From Geopsychrobacteraceae bacterium (GTDB lineage Bacteria; Desulfobacterota; Desulfuromonadia; Desulfuromonadales; Geopsychrobacteraceae), in the NCBI GenBank assembly GCA_963662315.1, contig OY759353.1, positions 4,645,196 through 4,709,195 of the forward strand: a stretch of DNA of 64,000 nucleotides. The letters run 5' to 3'. The first letter of the stretch is position 1; each line of letters begins with the position of its first letter. Below are positions 48,180 to 61,362 of this stretch, one piece after another. The notes under the pieces were generated by a model. It did no database searches, was not told where the DNA came from, and saw only the letters and a list, made by a program, of their open reading frames with translations. Made by a program: the position numbers and the translations under genes.

Positions 48180-48596
48180 TCAGGCGAAATCCATCGTCTG
48201 TAATTTTTCGATAATCGGAGCGTCTGCCGGCAGAATATTGTGGCTACGCAGATCTGCCGGGGCTACCCAGTGGTGATCTTGCACCTCCAGATGTTTGATC
48301 TGCCCGCCGATCCATTCGCACAGATAGGCCTGAATTTCTACCTGTCCCCAGTCATAGTTGTGCAAAACCTTTGCCACCAGGGGCCCAACGCTGATAATAA
48401 TGTCCAGCTCTTCACTGAGTTCCCTGAGTAAGGCCGTATGGGGGGCTTCTCCCGGTTCAATTTTGCCCCCGGGAAATTCCCAGAAATTCTCCTGTTTTTT
48501 CCCTTTCGGACGTTGCGTAATAAGAATTTTTCCATTTTTGACAATTACTGCGGCCACAACCGCGAGCGGTGAAGCAGATTTCTCATTTGCCTTCAT
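48180..48596 (-). CDS. mutT: MutT-like NUDIX hydrolase
   Basis: WEFPGGKIEPGE...RELSEEL NUDIX box. Confidence 0.85.
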   Translation of the reverse strand: MKANEKSASPLAVVAAVIVKNGKILITQRPKGKKQENFWEFPGGKIEPGEAPHTALLRELSEELDIIISVGPLVAKVLHNYDWGQVEIQAYLCEWIGGQIKHLEVQDHHWVAPADLRSHNILPADAPIIEKLQTMDFA

Positions 48597-48720
48597 ATGT
48601 TTATCTGTTTGCTGTCTTTCCTGTTTGATTTTTAGTTGGAGGCAGATCGACTCTGTGTTAGAAACAGGCTCCGGTCAGTTGGTGACCTGTGAGAGTATTT
48701 TTCTGCCAGGAGATTCGATT

Positions 48721-49437
48721 ATGTTTCAATTGTCCGACAAAGGGCGTGGAGTCCGCCAAATGTTTGATGACATTGCCGGTCGTTACGATCTGCTGAATCG
48801 TCTGCTGTCTTTTGGCATTGACAGACGCTGGCGTCGTTTCGCCGTTAGTCAGCTTAGTATACCAAAACATGGCCGCGTTCTCGACATTGCAACCGGAACC
48901 TGTGATGTCGCTCTTGAAATAGCAGAGCAGACCGATGTGTCTGTTCAGATTATTGGTGAAGATTTTACCCAGGGGATGCTGGAGCAGGGTCAGGTGAAGC
49001 TGAAGGCGTCTCCCCATGGGGGGCGGATCTCTCTGGTCAATGCACCGTGCGAGGCGATTCCTCATCCTGACGAAACGTTTGACGGAATTACCATCGCATT
49101 TGGAATCCGCAATGTTGTCGATCGTCAGGCTGGATTGTGTGAAATGTATCGTGTCCTTAAGCCTGGTGGTCGAACTGTTATTCTGGAGTTTTCTCAGCCT
49201 CGGAGTCAACTGTTTCGTAAAATATATTACTTTTATTTCCAGAAAATGTTGCCTGCCATCGCGGGGCTGATCTCCAAACGCAGTGCTTATCAGTACTTAC
49301 CTGATTCCGTTATGGAGTTTCCCCGTCAGGAGGAATTCTGCTCCATGATGAAAAGTGCCGGCTTCTCCCGGATTCAGCATGTTGACCTGACCTTTGGCAT
49401 TGCAACCGTTTATGTCGGGGATAAAATCGTTCGTTGA
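48721..49437 (+). CDS. ubiE: Demethylmenaquinone methyltransferase UbiE/MenG
   Basis: MFDDIAGRYDLLN, LDIATGT, AFGIRNV. Confidence 0.93.
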   Translation: MFQLSDKGRGVRQMFDDIAGRYDLLNRLLSFGIDRRWRRFAVSQLSIPKHGRVLDIATGTCDVALEIAEQTDVSVQIIGEDFTQGMLEQGQVKLKASPHGGRISLVNAPCEAIPHPDETFDGITIAFGIRNVVDRQAGLCEMYRVLKPGGRTVILEFSQPRSQLFRKIYYFYFQKMLPAIAGLISKRSAYQYLPDSVMEFPRQEEFCSMMKSAGFSRIQHVDLTFGIATVYVGDKIVR

Positions 49438-49564
49438 TGACCGCGCCGCCCTGACCTTGTTGGGTGGCGATGTAACATTCCTATTCAACAACGTGATTCA
49501 TTGATAAGGTCTGCTGCCCATGCTGGCCAGCAATGCTTTAAAAAGAACAGATTGAGAACCCGGT

Positions 49565-52500
49565 TCAGGGGGCGACCTTTTTAGGGGCGTCCTCCTGGAA
49601 CAGGCCTTTGATATCCTTTATCAGTTTTCCCGGCAGGCCGAATGTCCGTCTGAAGACTCCCAGTACCGTATCTGACAGGGAATCGATGGGTATTGCGTTG
49701 ACATTTGGATTTTCACTGCTGCCACTCATTTTAAAATAAGCAGTCAGAAACGCTTTATTCTCTCCGGTTAGAACCCACCCGGCAATTGGGATTGATGTCA
49801 TGACTTTGTCAACAGTCCCAAGGGGCATGATCCCCAGGGTGAAATCCATGTTGTCTTCGATAATCCCCTGCCAGCCGACCATCGACATGTTCATGGCATC
49901 ACTGTAAATTTTCAGGTCTTCCGTACTTGCACGTCCCTCAGCAAGGGTAACGCTCCCTTCCATCAGGGAAAACGGCATCCCTTCCCGGTCCATATCGGGG
50001 AGCTGTCCTTTAAAGAGTTGGGCAACATTCAGGATAGAGAACACCTTCGACAGAGTGTTGAACTTACGCAGGACGCCATTGTTGATCTTGATATGCATGC
50101 CCCCCCGGGCCGCTGGCCAGAAGCCGTTGTCTCCCGGATCTCCTTCAATATAAAAGTCACCGTCAAGGTCCCCTGTGATCAGTCCAGGTTTCTCAAACAG
50201 GTCCTGATGGAGTACAGAAGCGTCAATTTGGTTAACGTGGCCGGAAATTTTCAATGGAGCTTTTGCGTCTGTACGGTCAAAAACAACTCTGGCGGTGCCG
50301 GCGCCGTTTCCGTTGTCAAAGGTCAATGGTGCTAAAACAAAACGTTCGTGGGTCTCCGTGATCAGGCCACTGGCGTTCTGAAAGCGGAATCCTCTGATGA
50401 TGCCCTGATCAGCATGGACGCTGATGATGATCGGTTTGTATTCAGTGTTTGTTTTTTCAGGATGTTCCTGAGGCGCTTTGTCGGGACCGATGAACAGATT
50501 GATGACGTCGAGCACATCGACCTTTTCGCCACTGATATCTAATTTGACCTCCGGATCTCTGAAGTTGGTTACTGATCCTGTGACATGGGCAACGGTTCCT
50601 TCCTCAAGACGAACATCCACCGGGTCGAAACGTATTCCGTCACCATTAATCAGCAGGTGACCAACAAGATCATAAAGGGTCAACTCCTCATTGAGGAAGA
50701 TAAGGTCATGAGCACGAATTTTTGAGCCACTTACATCCAGAGAAAGGGACGGCTCTGACCAGTCTGACAGTGTTCCAGACACCAGGAATTGTGATTCACC
50801 GAGCCCTGCCGCAAGGTGATGGAAGGTCATCCCTGAGCTGTTTAGATTAATCGTTCCCGTGGTATTGCGCAGTTTCCCCAGAAGTGATGTCAGGTGAGCG
50901 CCAAAGCCGTTGAGCCGCAGTGTTCCCTGCCAGCCCTCGGGGGTCATGGTTACGGAACCACCAAGTTTCCCTTCGACCTGGAGCTGCTGTAGAAATGCAG
51001 AATAGTTACTTAACTGTTTCAGGCTGATATCATCAATAGTGACGCTGTAATGGTGAGTAGGGTCGCTACGCTGCACGCTCCCGTTGGCTATGATGCTCTG
51101 CTGGTTGAGCGTCAGTTTGACCTGATCCAGGTTAAGCTGGGAGGCATCAACTGTTCCGCTCAGGAGTAATTGGCTGTTTTCGCCCGCTGGCTTGGTGAAA
51201 TACTCTGCGTAGTTCACCGCAACAGGAGTGAGGTCGGTCTTCAACGTAAACGCAGGTCCGGACGGGGGTCCGTTAAGTTGCAATTGCAGGGGGATTTCGC
51301 CGGCAATTTTTAACGTTTCGGGCCATTGATCTTGTGCTTCTAGCTCAGCGCTTGGAAGACGGGTGGTTAAAATTAAGGACAGTTTCGGGTTTTTAAACGG
51401 GGCTTCGATATGACCACGAAAGTTAAAAGCGTTGTTGTTGAGATGGAAAAGGCCATTCTGAATCTGCAACTGTTGATTCTGGAGCGTCAGATTGGCAGAA
51501 AAGTCCTGTAAATATTTAATTTCAGGACGCTGCCACTGCAGCTGAACCAAGTCGATGGCGGCGTCAACTCTGGGCAGCCTGGTCAATCTGTCTGTGGTCG
51601 ACCAGCGCTGGTCCAGCGATAATTGAAGCTGTTTGATTTGCCCGGCAATCAGTTCTTGAGCGTGAGGTACGCGCCAGCGTTTCAACAGTGCAGGAGTAAG
51701 CTCCAGCCCTGCGATGCCGAGTTTTCCTTGCAGGTGGTTTACCTGATCATTGTGGCTGAGGATGATCTGCCCCTCAAGTGGGACACCAAGCAGGTTGCCA
51801 CTCAGTTGAGTGAGCTGATCGGACTGATCGTCTGAACTCCAGAAACCCGATAAGGCGATTAATTGTTCTGCTGTTTGCGAACCATTTATGCTGGTGGTAA
51901 CCCGTGCGCCGCGGACTGGTACTCCATCGATATTGACCTGGAGATCAACGGTTCTGGGGAACTTCCGGTTTTCCAAATTCAGCAGGCCTTTGGTTTCCAG
52001 GTGTCGAACCGTTAAATGGGTCTGAAAGTTATTGTGACGCCATTGTTGCGGATCGAGTCGTGGAGGGAGGGTCGTTTCCAGCAAAAATGTCGTATTCCTG
52101 TCTTTTAGCTGGCCGGTTATTAGAATGTCTGCAACCCTTTGAGGCTGCAGATGGGAAACGTTGGCCTGCAGATTGGTCAGCTTGACCTGCCTCTGAATTT
52201 GATTGTTTTTCCTGCAATAAATGTTCAGTTCAGCATCGGAAACATTCAGGCGATTGATGCTCAAGGTGTCGGGTAACTGGTAGGCAGAGGCTGGGGACAG
52301 ATTCTGGCTGTTGCGGGTTGCCTCAGGCAGCAGCAGATTGACCTGTGGTTGCCGTAAGCTAATATCATGAAACACGATGCGGCGGTCGAGCAGTGGTTCC
52401 AGTTCCAGGGTTGCCATCATGATCGGGACTGTCGCCAGCGGCATTTCCTCATGGCCAATGCGCAGTTGTGAGACTTCAAGGGCGAGCCCTCTTGAAAAGG

Positions 52501-52687
52501 CCAACGAGACATTGCCGATCTTGACCGGTTGTTCAAGCATTTGCGACAGTTGCTGTTCCAGAGTATCTCGATACTGGTTAAAATCGAGTTGACTTAACCA
52601 GAGTATCGTCCCGGCCAGAAGTATTGCCAGCATAATTACCAGGTAAAAAAAGCGTCTCAGGCTAAGCTTTATGGGAAACCAGATCAT
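49565..52687 (-). CDS. AsmA-like / YhdP-family envelope protein
   Basis: N-terminal TM anchor, long beta-rich body, AsmA-like C-terminus (IPIAGWVL). Confidence 0.8.
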   Translation of the reverse strand: MIWFPIKLSLRRFFYLVIMLAILLAGTILWLSQLDFNQYRDTLEQQLSQMLEQPVKIGNVSLAFSRGLALEVSQLRIGHEEMPLATVPIMMATLELEPLLDRRIVFHDISLRQPQVNLLLPEATRNSQNLSPASAYQLPDTLSINRLNVSDAELNIYCRKNNQIQRQVKLTNLQANVSHLQPQRVADILITGQLKDRNTTFLLETTLPPRLDPQQWRHNNFQTHLTVRHLETKGLLNLENRKFPRTVDLQVNIDGVPVRGARVTTSINGSQTAEQLIALSGFWSSDDQSDQLTQLSGNLLGVPLEGQIILSHNDQVNHLQGKLGIAGLELTPALLKRWRVPHAQELIAGQIKQLQLSLDQRWSTTDRLTRLPRVDAAIDLVQLQWQRPEIKYLQDFSANLTLQNQQLQIQNGLFHLNNNAFNFRGHIEAPFKNPKLSLILTTRLPSAELEAQDQWPETLKIAGEIPLQLQLNGPPSGPAFTLKTDLTPVAVNYAEYFTKPAGENSQLLLSGTVDASQLNLDQVKLTLNQQSIIANGSVQRSDPTHHYSVTIDDISLKQLSNYSAFLQQLQVEGKLGGSVTMTPEGWQGTLRLNGFGAHLTSLLGKLRNTTGTINLNSSGMTFHHLAAGLGESQFLVSGTLSDWSEPSLSLDVSGSKIRAHDLIFLNEELTLYDLVGHLLINGDGIRFDPVDVRLEEGTVAHVTGSVTNFRDPEVKLDISGEKVDVLDVINLFIGPDKAPQEHPEKTNTEYKPIIISVHADQGIIRGFRFQNASGLITETHERFVLAPLTFDNGNGAGTARVVFDRTDAKAPLKISGHVNQIDASVLHQDLFEKPGLITGDLDGDFYIEGDPGDNGFWPAARGGMHIKINNGVLRKFNTLSKVFSILNVAQLFKGQLPDMDREGMPFSLMEGSVTLAEGRASTEDLKIYSDAMNMSMVGWQGIIEDNMDFTLGIMPLGTVDKVMTSIPIAGWVLTGENKAFLTAYFKMSGSSENPNVNAIPIDSLSDTVLGVFRRTFGLPGKLIKDIKGLFQEDAPKKVAP

Positions 52688-52889
52688 GATGTCGGATCCT
52701 GTTATGGAGATAAAATTACATCTTTAAAATACCTTCAATCATAACGATTACCGTTCTGTGCAGCAAGAATTATGCGAAGTTATAAATCTTTACATGTATT
52801 TAGGGGGCTGTTAACATGCTCTGCCTTTCTGTAACTTGTGAACTGGTCGCTGTAAGCAGCCCCCTTGTTCGAGGACCCTTTGTGTTTCT

Positions 52890-55800
52890 ATGAAAATTAA
52901 ACGTCTAGAAATCGTCGGCTTCAAATCGTTCGTCGATAAAGTCGCGCTTGATTTTCAGCATGGGGTTACCGGTGTTATCGGGCCAAACGGGTGCGGCAAA
53001 AGCAATGTTGTTGATGCGATTCGCTGGGCCATGGGAGAGCAAAACGTTAGGCACTTACGTGGTCGCTCTATGGAAGATGTCATCTTTGGTGGGAGTGAAA
53101 GCCGTAAGCCCCATGGCATGGCTCAGGTGTCTATCGTCTTTGATAACAGCGCCAAGCTGTGCCCAGAAGCTTATCAGGAATATAGTGAGATCATGGTGAC
53201 TCGTCGGCTGTTTCGCAACGGCGACAGTGAATATCTCATCAATAAGATTCCTTGCCGCTTGCTGGATATTACCGAACTGTTTATGGATACGGGGGTCGGG
53301 GCGCGTGCCTATTCTATTATTGAACAGGGAAAAGTCGGCATGTTGGTCAGTGCCAAGCCGGAAGAACGGCGGGTTCTGATTGAGGAAGTTGCCGGGGTCA
53401 CGAAATTCAAATCGCGTAAGAAATCAGCACTGCGCAAAATGGACGCAACGCGACAGAATCTGGTCCGTCTCGGCGATATTATCAGTGAGGTCAGTCGTCA
53501 GATCAGCAGCTTGAAGAGGCAGGCCCAAAGAGCCGAGCGTTTCCGTGACTTGCGGGCAGATTACAAGCGTATTGAGCTGAGTCTGAGTGGCAATCGGTTT
53601 CAGCGTTTACTTGCCGATATGGCAATTGTTGCGGAACGGGAGCGGGAAGAAGCGGAGGTGCTTGCCCGCCTCGATGTCCGGCTTGAAGAAGGGGATGTGC
53701 AGCTTGAAGAAATGCAGCTGCTGTTGTCTGCCAGTGAACATGAATATTCTCAGTCTCAGGAGCGGATTTACCATCTTGGAGCTGAAGTTCAGCGGGTAGA
53801 GAGCGAATTGTCGCTAGCCTCTCGCCAGTCTGAACAGGCCCAACAGTTGCGGGTTGAGCTGCAGGCTGAGCTGGAGAGCCTTGCGACGTCACAGCAGTCG
53901 CTCAGGCACGAACTTGAAAGTGTCTCAAGCCAGGGGCAGGGTACCGATGAGGATTTGCAGCGGCTGAAACAGATGGTCGCCAAGGGAGATGAGCTTTTAC
54001 TGCAGCATCTGGAACAGACCGCTGTGTTGAATCGTGACCATGAAACAACCCGAACTCGTCTTATGGAGCTTTTCGCCGAGACGAGTCGTCTGGGTAACCG
54101 TTGTGAAGAAATTGACCGGCGCTTGATTCTTGAAGCGGAGCGCCGGGCCCAGGTTGTTGACAATACAACGACGGTGCGGGAGCAGCTCAAGGCACTGCGT
54201 GAGCAGCGTGAAGAGGTCATCAGTCAACTCGAAGAGGTGCGCTCGCAGCAAGGGGAGGCAACCGCCCGACTTGAAACGCTGCAAGGGCAAATTGTTGAAC
54301 AGAAATCTTTAATTCAGTCACGAGAAGAAAATCAGCGTGCCTTGTCTCAGGAGTTACATCGCGTGCGCTCCCGACACGAGTCGCTCAGCGAGTTGCAGCG
54401 TAACTTTGAGGGGTATGGAGACGGGACCCGGCTGCTGCTTAATGCTCTTGATCAGAAGCATCTGCTGCCAGATGTCATCCGGGTTCCGGTAGATCTTGAA
54501 GTTGCTTTTGAAGTTGCTCTTGGCCAGCGTTTGCAGGCAGTGCCGGTTGCAAACGTCGAGAGGGTTACGCAATTATTTGATCTTCTGGAAGAACATGGCA
54601 CCCGGGCAACTCTTGTGCTTCCTGCCGCTCCTCCTGAATTAATCAGCCCTGTTGGTGCCCCTTTGCTTGGGCAGGTGCGGGTATCTGCCGGGCATGAAGC
54701 CTTTGTTCGTCAGTTACTGGCCGGAATATTTATTGTCTCTTCAGTGTTTGACTGTCTCGCTACCAAGTTGCTCCCGGGAGTTCTGTTAATTGATTCCCGC
54801 GGGAACTGCCTGGACTGGCAAGGGCTTGTTTCTTCAGGCAGTGTTTCTGCCGAAGACGGCGGGCTACTGAGGCGGCAGCGACAACTCGATGAGCTTGATG
54901 TTCAGCTGTCGGAGCTTGAAGTTTTAAGCCGCTCAGGGCAACAGCAACTTGATTCCTTGCGTGATGATTTGCTTTATAGTGAAGAAGAAAAACAGCTTGT
55001 GACCTCTGGATTACACCGTTTAGAACTGGATGCCCTCGAATTGGGTAAAGACCGACAGGCTCTGCAGGCTGAAGAAGAACGTCTCAATAAGCGTCTAGAA
55101 CTCCTTGTTTTCGATCTATCCCAACTTGATGAAAATGATGAGCTGCTACGTCAGGAAAAGGACGATATTCTGGCTGGTCGTGATGATGCTCAGCAGGAAC
55201 AGGAGCAGCTCGAAGTGCGTTCCCGAGACCTGGCCGAACGGCTTGAGCTTCAGCGGGCAGACACTGAACGGCACCGGGAAATATTGACCAGTCAGAAAGT
55301 AGAACTTGCATCCCTGCAGCAACAGCAACGCTCTTTACGTGAAACTGTCGCACGCATCGATCGGCAACGTACCGATCTGGAGCACAGGATTCGGCAGTTG
55401 CAGCAAAAGAAAGATAATAACATAAACGAGCAGGGACAATTGGTGGCCCGTGGTGAGAGGCTGCAGACAGAATTGGATCTGTTGCTTGATCGCCGTATTG
55501 CTCAGCAGCAACAGAATGACACGTTGCGCGCTCATCATGAATCGCGCAGACTTGAGCTTGAAGAGTTTCGCGATCAGCTGCGCCGGGTCCGGAGTGAAGC
55601 TGAAGAATTGCGCAAAACCGTAAGTCGTTTGCAATTACGCTGTCGCGAACTGCAGATCGATGCAGAGAGTGTGCGTCAGAATGCGCTGGAACGTTATCGG
55701 GTCGATTTGGCTGAGCATCAGGTTCCTGAAGCAACTGAAGATGAACTGGAACGACAGCAGTTGCAGTTGCAGCGCTTACAGCAAAAAATTGATGCTCTGG

Positions 55801-56393
55801 GCGAAGTGAATCTTATGGCGATTGAAGAGTATCGCGAACAGGAACAGCGCTACGACTTTTTATCTACACAGCGCGATGATCTGAATCAGGCGCTTGATGA
55901 TCTACAAAAAGCCATTAGCCAGATAAACAGAACGACACGTAGGCGTTTCAAGGAGACGTTTGAGCAGGTTAACCAGACTTTTCAGCAGGTTTTTCCGCGC
56001 TTGTTCCGGGGCGGGCGGGCAGAGCTACTGTTGACCGATGAAAATGATCTACTTGAAACGGGGGTGGAAATTATCGTACAACCTCCCGGTAAGCGGCTGC
56101 AGAATGTGAACCTGCTGTCTGGTGGCGAAAAAGCCCTCACTGCGGTTGCGCTGATATTTTCTCTGTTTCTGATAAAACCGACACCCTTTTGCATTCTTGA
56201 TGAAGTCGATGCGCCTCTGGACGATGCCAATATCGATCGTTTTGCTGAAATGGTAAAAGAAATGACAGCACAGTCGCAATTTATTATTATTACTCACAGT
56301 AAACGCACTATGCGGGTTATTGATACGATGTACGGCGTTACCATGCAGGAACCTGGTGTTTCCAAGCTGGTATCTGTGCGGATGCATGATTAA
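52890..56393 (+). CDS. smc: Chromosome segregation protein SMC
   Basis: GPNGCGKSN, coiled coils with hinge, [16 protein letters not shown]. Confidence 0.96.
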   Translation: MKIKRLEIVGFKSFVDKVALDFQHGVTGVIGPNGCGKSNVVDAIRWAMGEQNVRHLRGRSMEDVIFGGSESRKPHGMAQVSIVFDNSAKLCPEAYQEYSEIMVTRRLFRNGDSEYLINKIPCRLLDITELFMDTGVGARAYSIIEQGKVGMLVSAKPEERRVLIEEVAGVTKFKSRKKSALRKMDATRQNLVRLGDIISEVSRQISSLKRQAQRAERFRDLRADYKRIELSLSGNRFQRLLADMAIVAEREREEAEVLARLDVRLEEGDVQLEEMQLLLSASEHEYSQSQERIYHLGAEVQRVESELSLASRQSEQAQQLRVELQAELESLATSQQSLRHELESVSSQGQGTDEDLQRLKQMVAKGDELLLQHLEQTAVLNRDHETTRTRLMELFAETSRLGNRCEEIDRRLILEAERRAQVVDNTTTVREQLKALREQREEVISQLEEVRSQQGEATARLETLQGQIVEQKSLIQSREENQRALSQELHRVRSRHESLSELQRNFEGYGDGTRLLLNALDQKHLLPDVIRVPVDLEVAFEVALGQRLQAVPVANVERVTQLFDLLEEHGTRATLVLPAAPPELISPVGAPLLGQVRVSAGHEAFVRQLLAGIFIVSSVFDCLATKLLPGVLLIDSRGNCLDWQGLVSSGSVSAEDGGLLRRQRQLDELDVQLSELEVLSRSGQQQLDSLRDDLLYSEEEKQLVTSGLHRLELDALELGKDRQALQAEEERLNKRLELLVFDLSQLDENDELLRQEKDDILAGRDDAQQEQEQLEVRSRDLAERLELQRADTERHREILTSQKVELASLQQQQRSLRETVARIDRQRTDLEHRIRQLQQKKDNNINEQGQLVARGERLQTELDLLLDRRIAQQQQNDTLRAHHESRRLELEEFRDQLRRVRSEAEELRKTVSRLQLRCRELQIDAESVRQNALERYRVDLAEHQVPEATEDELERQQLQLQRLQQKIDALGEVNLMAIEEYREQEQRYDFLSTQRDDLNQALDDLQKAISQINRTTRRRFKETFEQVNQTFQQVFPRLFRGGRAELLLTDENDLLETGVEIIVQPPGKRLQNVNLLSGGEKALTAVALIFSLFLIKPTPFCILDEVDAPLDDANIDRFAEMVKEMTAQSQFIIITHSKRTMRVIDTMYGVTMQEPGVSKLVSVRMHD

Positions 56394-56461
56394 TCCTATG
56401 AGAACCCCGACCGGTATGCACGAAGTCACACAGCCGGAGTTATTCAGAAGAGAGACTGTTT

Positions 56462-56824
56462 ATGCCATTCAGTTTAGTGCTGAATCAGCTGCTTGATGAT
56501 ATCCCTGAGGCAAAAGGGGTTATCCTTCTCGACTGGGAAGGAGAGTCCGTCGCTCAGGCAGCGCGAATAAGTGAGTACGATATGAAGGTTATTGGCGCCC
56601 ACTGTGGAATAATCGTCCAGCACCTGAAAACAATGTTGGAACGTACTGGATCAGGTTGTTTTGAAGAAATTATATTTCGCTACAAAGCTGAGAAAACGGT
56701 TGTGACTCCCTTGTCGGATGACTATTTTTTGCTTGTACAGCTTGGTAGTGATGCTGTTACGGCAACAGCTGCACATAAAATAAGGCATTGTGCCGCAGAG
56801 TTGCGCCATGAATTTATTTATTGA
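56462..56824 (+). CDS. Roadblock/LC7 (MglB-like) protein
   Basis: Size and pattern IPEAKGVILLDWEGESV. Confidence 0.7.
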   Translation: MPFSLVLNQLLDDIPEAKGVILLDWEGESVAQAARISEYDMKVIGAHCGIIVQHLKTMLERTGSGCFEEIIFRYKAEKTVVTPLSDDYFLLVQLGSDAVTATAAHKIRHCAAELRHEFIY

Positions 56825-56878
56825 TTGAATAGTGTACGTTGGCTTGAAAAAATCGCATAAAAGGACATTGTATATTTT

Positions 56879-58201
<1,323 letters not shown>

Positions 58202-58252
58202 TTTTAATCTTTATGGTTGTTCGACAGGCTCAAACAACCTGAGGGGCAGAAG

Positions 58253-58423
58253 ATGGATATTTTGGCGCGACTCGAAACCGCTGTAGATGTATTACTTAAC
58301 AAAAACAGACAATTACAGATAGATAATTCTCAATTGCGCGAGAAGCTTGAGCATTTGACTCAAGAGCGTCATCGCTTGGTTGAGGAGATTGATCGTATAT
58401 TGAAGCGTCTTGAAGATATTTAG
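58253..58423 (+). CDS. zapB: ZapB-like coiled-coil protein
   Basis: MDILARLETAVDVLL... short coiled coil upstream of zapA. Confidence 0.7.
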   Translation: MDILARLETAVDVLLNKNRQLQIDNSQLREKLEHLTQERHRLVEEIDRILKRLEDI

Positions 58424-58437
58424 AGCGGAGGTCTTGT

Positions 58438-58731
58438 GTGAGTTCAAGTATCCGAGTTACGATCCTTGGCCGAGAATATACGCTGCGCAGTCAGGGTGAG
58501 CGGGACCAGATAGATCGGGTGGTCAACTTTGTCGAAACGCGTCTGGCTGAGATGGAGTCCGTAAAGTCTGTAGATACCAGGGATGTGACCGTGCTTACCT
58601 TGCTGAATCTGGCCGGGCAGTATTTACAGCTTCTAGATAAACAGAATGAACAGGGGAGTGATCACGAACAGCGCTTGAATCAATTAGTAAGCAAGCTTGA
58701 GCACGTTCTAGATAATGATTCCGGTTGCTAA
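58438..58731 (+). CDS. zapA: Cell division protein ZapA
   Basis: VTILGREYTLRS...VLTLLNLA. Confidence 0.88.
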   Translation: MSSSIRVTILGREYTLRSQGERDQIDRVVNFVETRLAEMESVKSVDTRDVTVLTLLNLAGQYLQLLDKQNEQGSDHEQRLNQLVSKLEHVLDNDSGC

Positions 58732-58859
58732 TCGCTATGCTCATAGGTTACTATCAAGCGTTAGTCTTTGATGTGCTCAGTTGTAATGAACAAGGCTGAG
58801 AAACAAGCAGCAAGGCACTGACAAGTGAACAAGCTACACCATATGGTGTTCGATCTTAT

Positions 58860-59005
58860 ATTGCTTTTTAATAGACGATTTTCGTGTTGTTGGTGGATCC
58901 GGAAAGCCTAATTATGCGACAGACTGCAGTCGTGGGTATGGATAGTTGTAAGTAATCGCTTCCCCAAGCCTGTTTGCCGGTAGTCCCACAGCAAAATACC
59001 ATAAA
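58860..59005 (+). ncRNA. Candidate 6S RNA (ends uncertain)
   Basis: Conserved 6S position between zapA and ygfA; partial pairing TGTTGTTGGTGGATCCGG / CCGGTAGTCCCACAGCA. Confidence 0.35.
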
Positions 59006-59081
59006 GTAAGTAGTTTCTTCCTTGTCTTGCCTTTTGTCTTTGCCTCCTGTTTGTACTGTCCTGTTAAAGGAAGTTTATTGT

Positions 59082-59657
59082 ATGACTAAGGTTTCTTTGC
59101 GCCAGCGCATTTTGCTGGAGCGTAAGAATTTGCCCCTTGATGCATATCGATCCCGAAGTCGGCAGGCTCAGCAGCGCCTGTCTGTTCAAAGTTGTTTTAA
59201 AGCAGCTCAAAGCGTGGCCATGTACAGCCCCGTAAGGGGGGAAATTGATACGTTGGAACTGCTTGAGTTGGCGCTTGGCCTCGGGAAGAAAGTTTTTTTC
59301 CCAAAGGTCTCTGGTTCTGATTTGCAGTTTTTTCAAATCGAGACGACTCAGGATATGTTGCCAGGTGCTTTTGGTGTTCTTGAGCCTGCTTCATCCGCTG
59401 CTGCAGCAACCCAAGCTTTTGATTTGATGATTGTCCCAGGTATTGCTTTTGATCTTGCCGGGAACCGTTTAGGATATGGCAAAGGATACTATGACCGCTG
59501 GTTAGCGACCAGGCGTCCCCTGGTGACGGTTGGCCTGGCTTTTGAATTGCAGATAGTCAGAAATCTGCCTGCCGAGACGCATGATCAGCAACTTGATTTT
59601 ATAGCTACGGAAACCCGCTTTATTCCCTGTCATAATGGTGTGGCAGGTTCAATATAG
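59082..59657 (+). CDS. ygfA: 5-formyltetrahydrofolate cyclo-ligase
   Basis: VPGIAFD...RLGYGKGYYDR. Confidence 0.93.
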   Translation: MTKVSLRQRILLERKNLPLDAYRSRSRQAQQRLSVQSCFKAAQSVAMYSPVRGEIDTLELLELALGLGKKVFFPKVSGSDLQFFQIETTQDMLPGAFGVLEPASSAAAATQAFDLMIVPGIAFDLAGNRLGYGKGYYDRWLATRRPLVTVGLAFELQIVRNLPAETHDQQLDFIATETRFIPCHNGVAGSI

Positions 59658-59675
59658 CCTCTGGGGAGGATTTTT

Positions 59676-61241
59676 ATGGGTGATGAAATTATCTTGATTA
59701 TTTTAGTTCTGCTGGCTTTGGCTGGCGGGGTTTTTCTTGGGATGTTCTTACGGCGTAAGTTGTCTGAGTCTAAAGTTAACAACGCCAAAGTTGAAGCTTC
59801 GAAGCTTATCAGTGATGCAAAAAAAGAAGCTGATGCTATTCAAAAAGAAGCGATCATTCAGGCCAAAGATACGGTGCTGCAGGCCAAGGCCGACTGGGAG
59901 CAGGAAGCACGTGATTTACGCAAGGATATTCAGACCCATGAACATCGGATACTGCAAAAAGAGGAAAATCTAGAGCGTAAACTGGATCAGGTTGAGCAGC
60001 GCAATGATGAATTGAATAAGCGTGAAGCGCAATTGCGCCAGCAGAATGAACGGCTGTCCAGAAGAAATGCCGAAATAGACGAGTTGCACGATGAACAGCG
60101 TAAGCTGCTGGAAAAAATTTCCGGGCTGACAAGTGAGCAGGCAAAGCAGCAACTGATGGACGCTATGGTTAGTGAGGCCAAGCATGACGCTGCCAAGAAG
60201 ATCAAGCAAACTGAAGATGAGGCCCAGGAAACAGCCGACAAGAAAGCCAAAAAAATCATGGCTTTGGCTATTCAGCGTTATGCTGGTGATTTTGTCGCCG
60301 AAAAAACCGTCAGTGTTGTTCCGCTGCCTTCTGATGAAATGAAAGGACGCATCATTGGTCGTGAGGGGCGTAATATTAGGGCGATAGAAGCCGCTACCGG
60401 GATTGATCTGATTATCGATGATACTCCCGAGGCTGTTGTTATCTCAGGCTTCAATCCCGTCAGACGTGAGGTGGCCAGAATTGCTCTGGAGCGTCTGATT
60501 GCCGATGGGCGAATTCATCCGGCCAGGATTGAGGAGCTGGTTCAAAAGGCCCAGGAAGAGGTGGATGAGGAAATTCGCCAGGCTGGTGAACAGGCGACTT
60601 TTGATGTTGGTGTCCATGGCATTCACCCTGAGATTATTAAACTGCTCGGTATGCTGAAATACCGAACATCGTATGGGCAGAACGTTTTGGTGCATTCCAT
60701 TGAAATGGCTTTTCTCTGTGGGATGATGGCGGCTGAATTGGGCGTAAACGTTAAACAGGCTAAGCGAGCTGCCCTGCTTCACGATATCGGAAAAGCCGTC
60801 AGTCACGAACTTGAAGGATCTCACGCAGTCAATGGCGGCGAACTGGCTCGCAAATACGGAGAATCTCCCAAAATTGTGCATGCTATTTCAGCTCACCATG
60901 AAGATGAAAAGCCGGACACTGTCCTTGCTATTCTTGTCCAGGCTGCGGACGCACTTTCTGGTGCGCGCCCGGGAGCACGCCGCGAAACACTTGAGACCTA
61001 TGTGAAAAGGTTGCGTGATCTTGAGGCCATAGGGACGTCCTTTGATGGTGTTACTGGCTGCTTTGCTATTCAGGCCGGACGCGAAATTCGTGTTATGGTG
61101 TCCAGTGAAGAGATCTCCGATGAATTTGCTCACGTTCTGGCCAAGGATATTGCCAAGAAGATCGAAGCTGAAATGACTTATCCTGGCCAAATCCGTGTTA
61201 ATGTCATTCGTGAAACGCGTGCCGTAGAATACGCAAAATAG
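59676..61241 (+). CDS. rny: Ribonuclease Y
   Basis: TM, coiled coil, KH domain ([13 protein letters not shown]), HD domain (LLHDIGK). Confidence 0.96.
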   Translation: MGDEIILIILVLLALAGGVFLGMFLRRKLSESKVNNAKVEASKLISDAKKEADAIQKEAIIQAKDTVLQAKADWEQEARDLRKDIQTHEHRILQKEENLERKLDQVEQRNDELNKREAQLRQQNERLSRRNAEIDELHDEQRKLLEKISGLTSEQAKQQLMDAMVSEAKHDAAKKIKQTEDEAQETADKKAKKIMALAIQRYAGDFVAEKTVSVVPLPSDEMKGRIIGREGRNIRAIEAATGIDLIIDDTPEAVVISGFNPVRREVARIALERLIADGRIHPARIEELVQKAQEEVDEEIRQAGEQATFDVGVHGIHPEIIKLLGMLKYRTSYGQNVLVHSIEMAFLCGMMAAELGVNVKQAKRAALLHDIGKAVSHELEGSHAVNGGELARKYGESPKIVHAISAHHEDEKPDTVLAILVQAADALSGARPGARRETLETYVKRLRDLEAIGTSFDGVTGCFAIQAGREIRVMVSSEEISDEFAHVLAKDIAKKIEAEMTYPGQIRVNVIRETRAVEYAK

Positions 61242-61362
61242 AGGTTAGGGTCCTGACTGGTGATGGGAAGTCTGATGGCCAGGAAAGGATTGTGGTATGT
61301 GCAGGATTTCTGTTCAGCTGTGGTTGCTCAGGAATCCTGCTTTCGTGTTTGGGGAGTTGTGA

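Noticed and set aside
48358..48720. Long N-terminal extension of ubiE in the ORF track
   Set aside because: Overlaps mutT antisense; an AGGAG RBS supports ATG 48721
52890..56393. SMC as a Wadjet/Lamassu defence component
   Set aside because: Canonical hinge-containing SMC in the smc-ftsY housekeeping context with no defence partners
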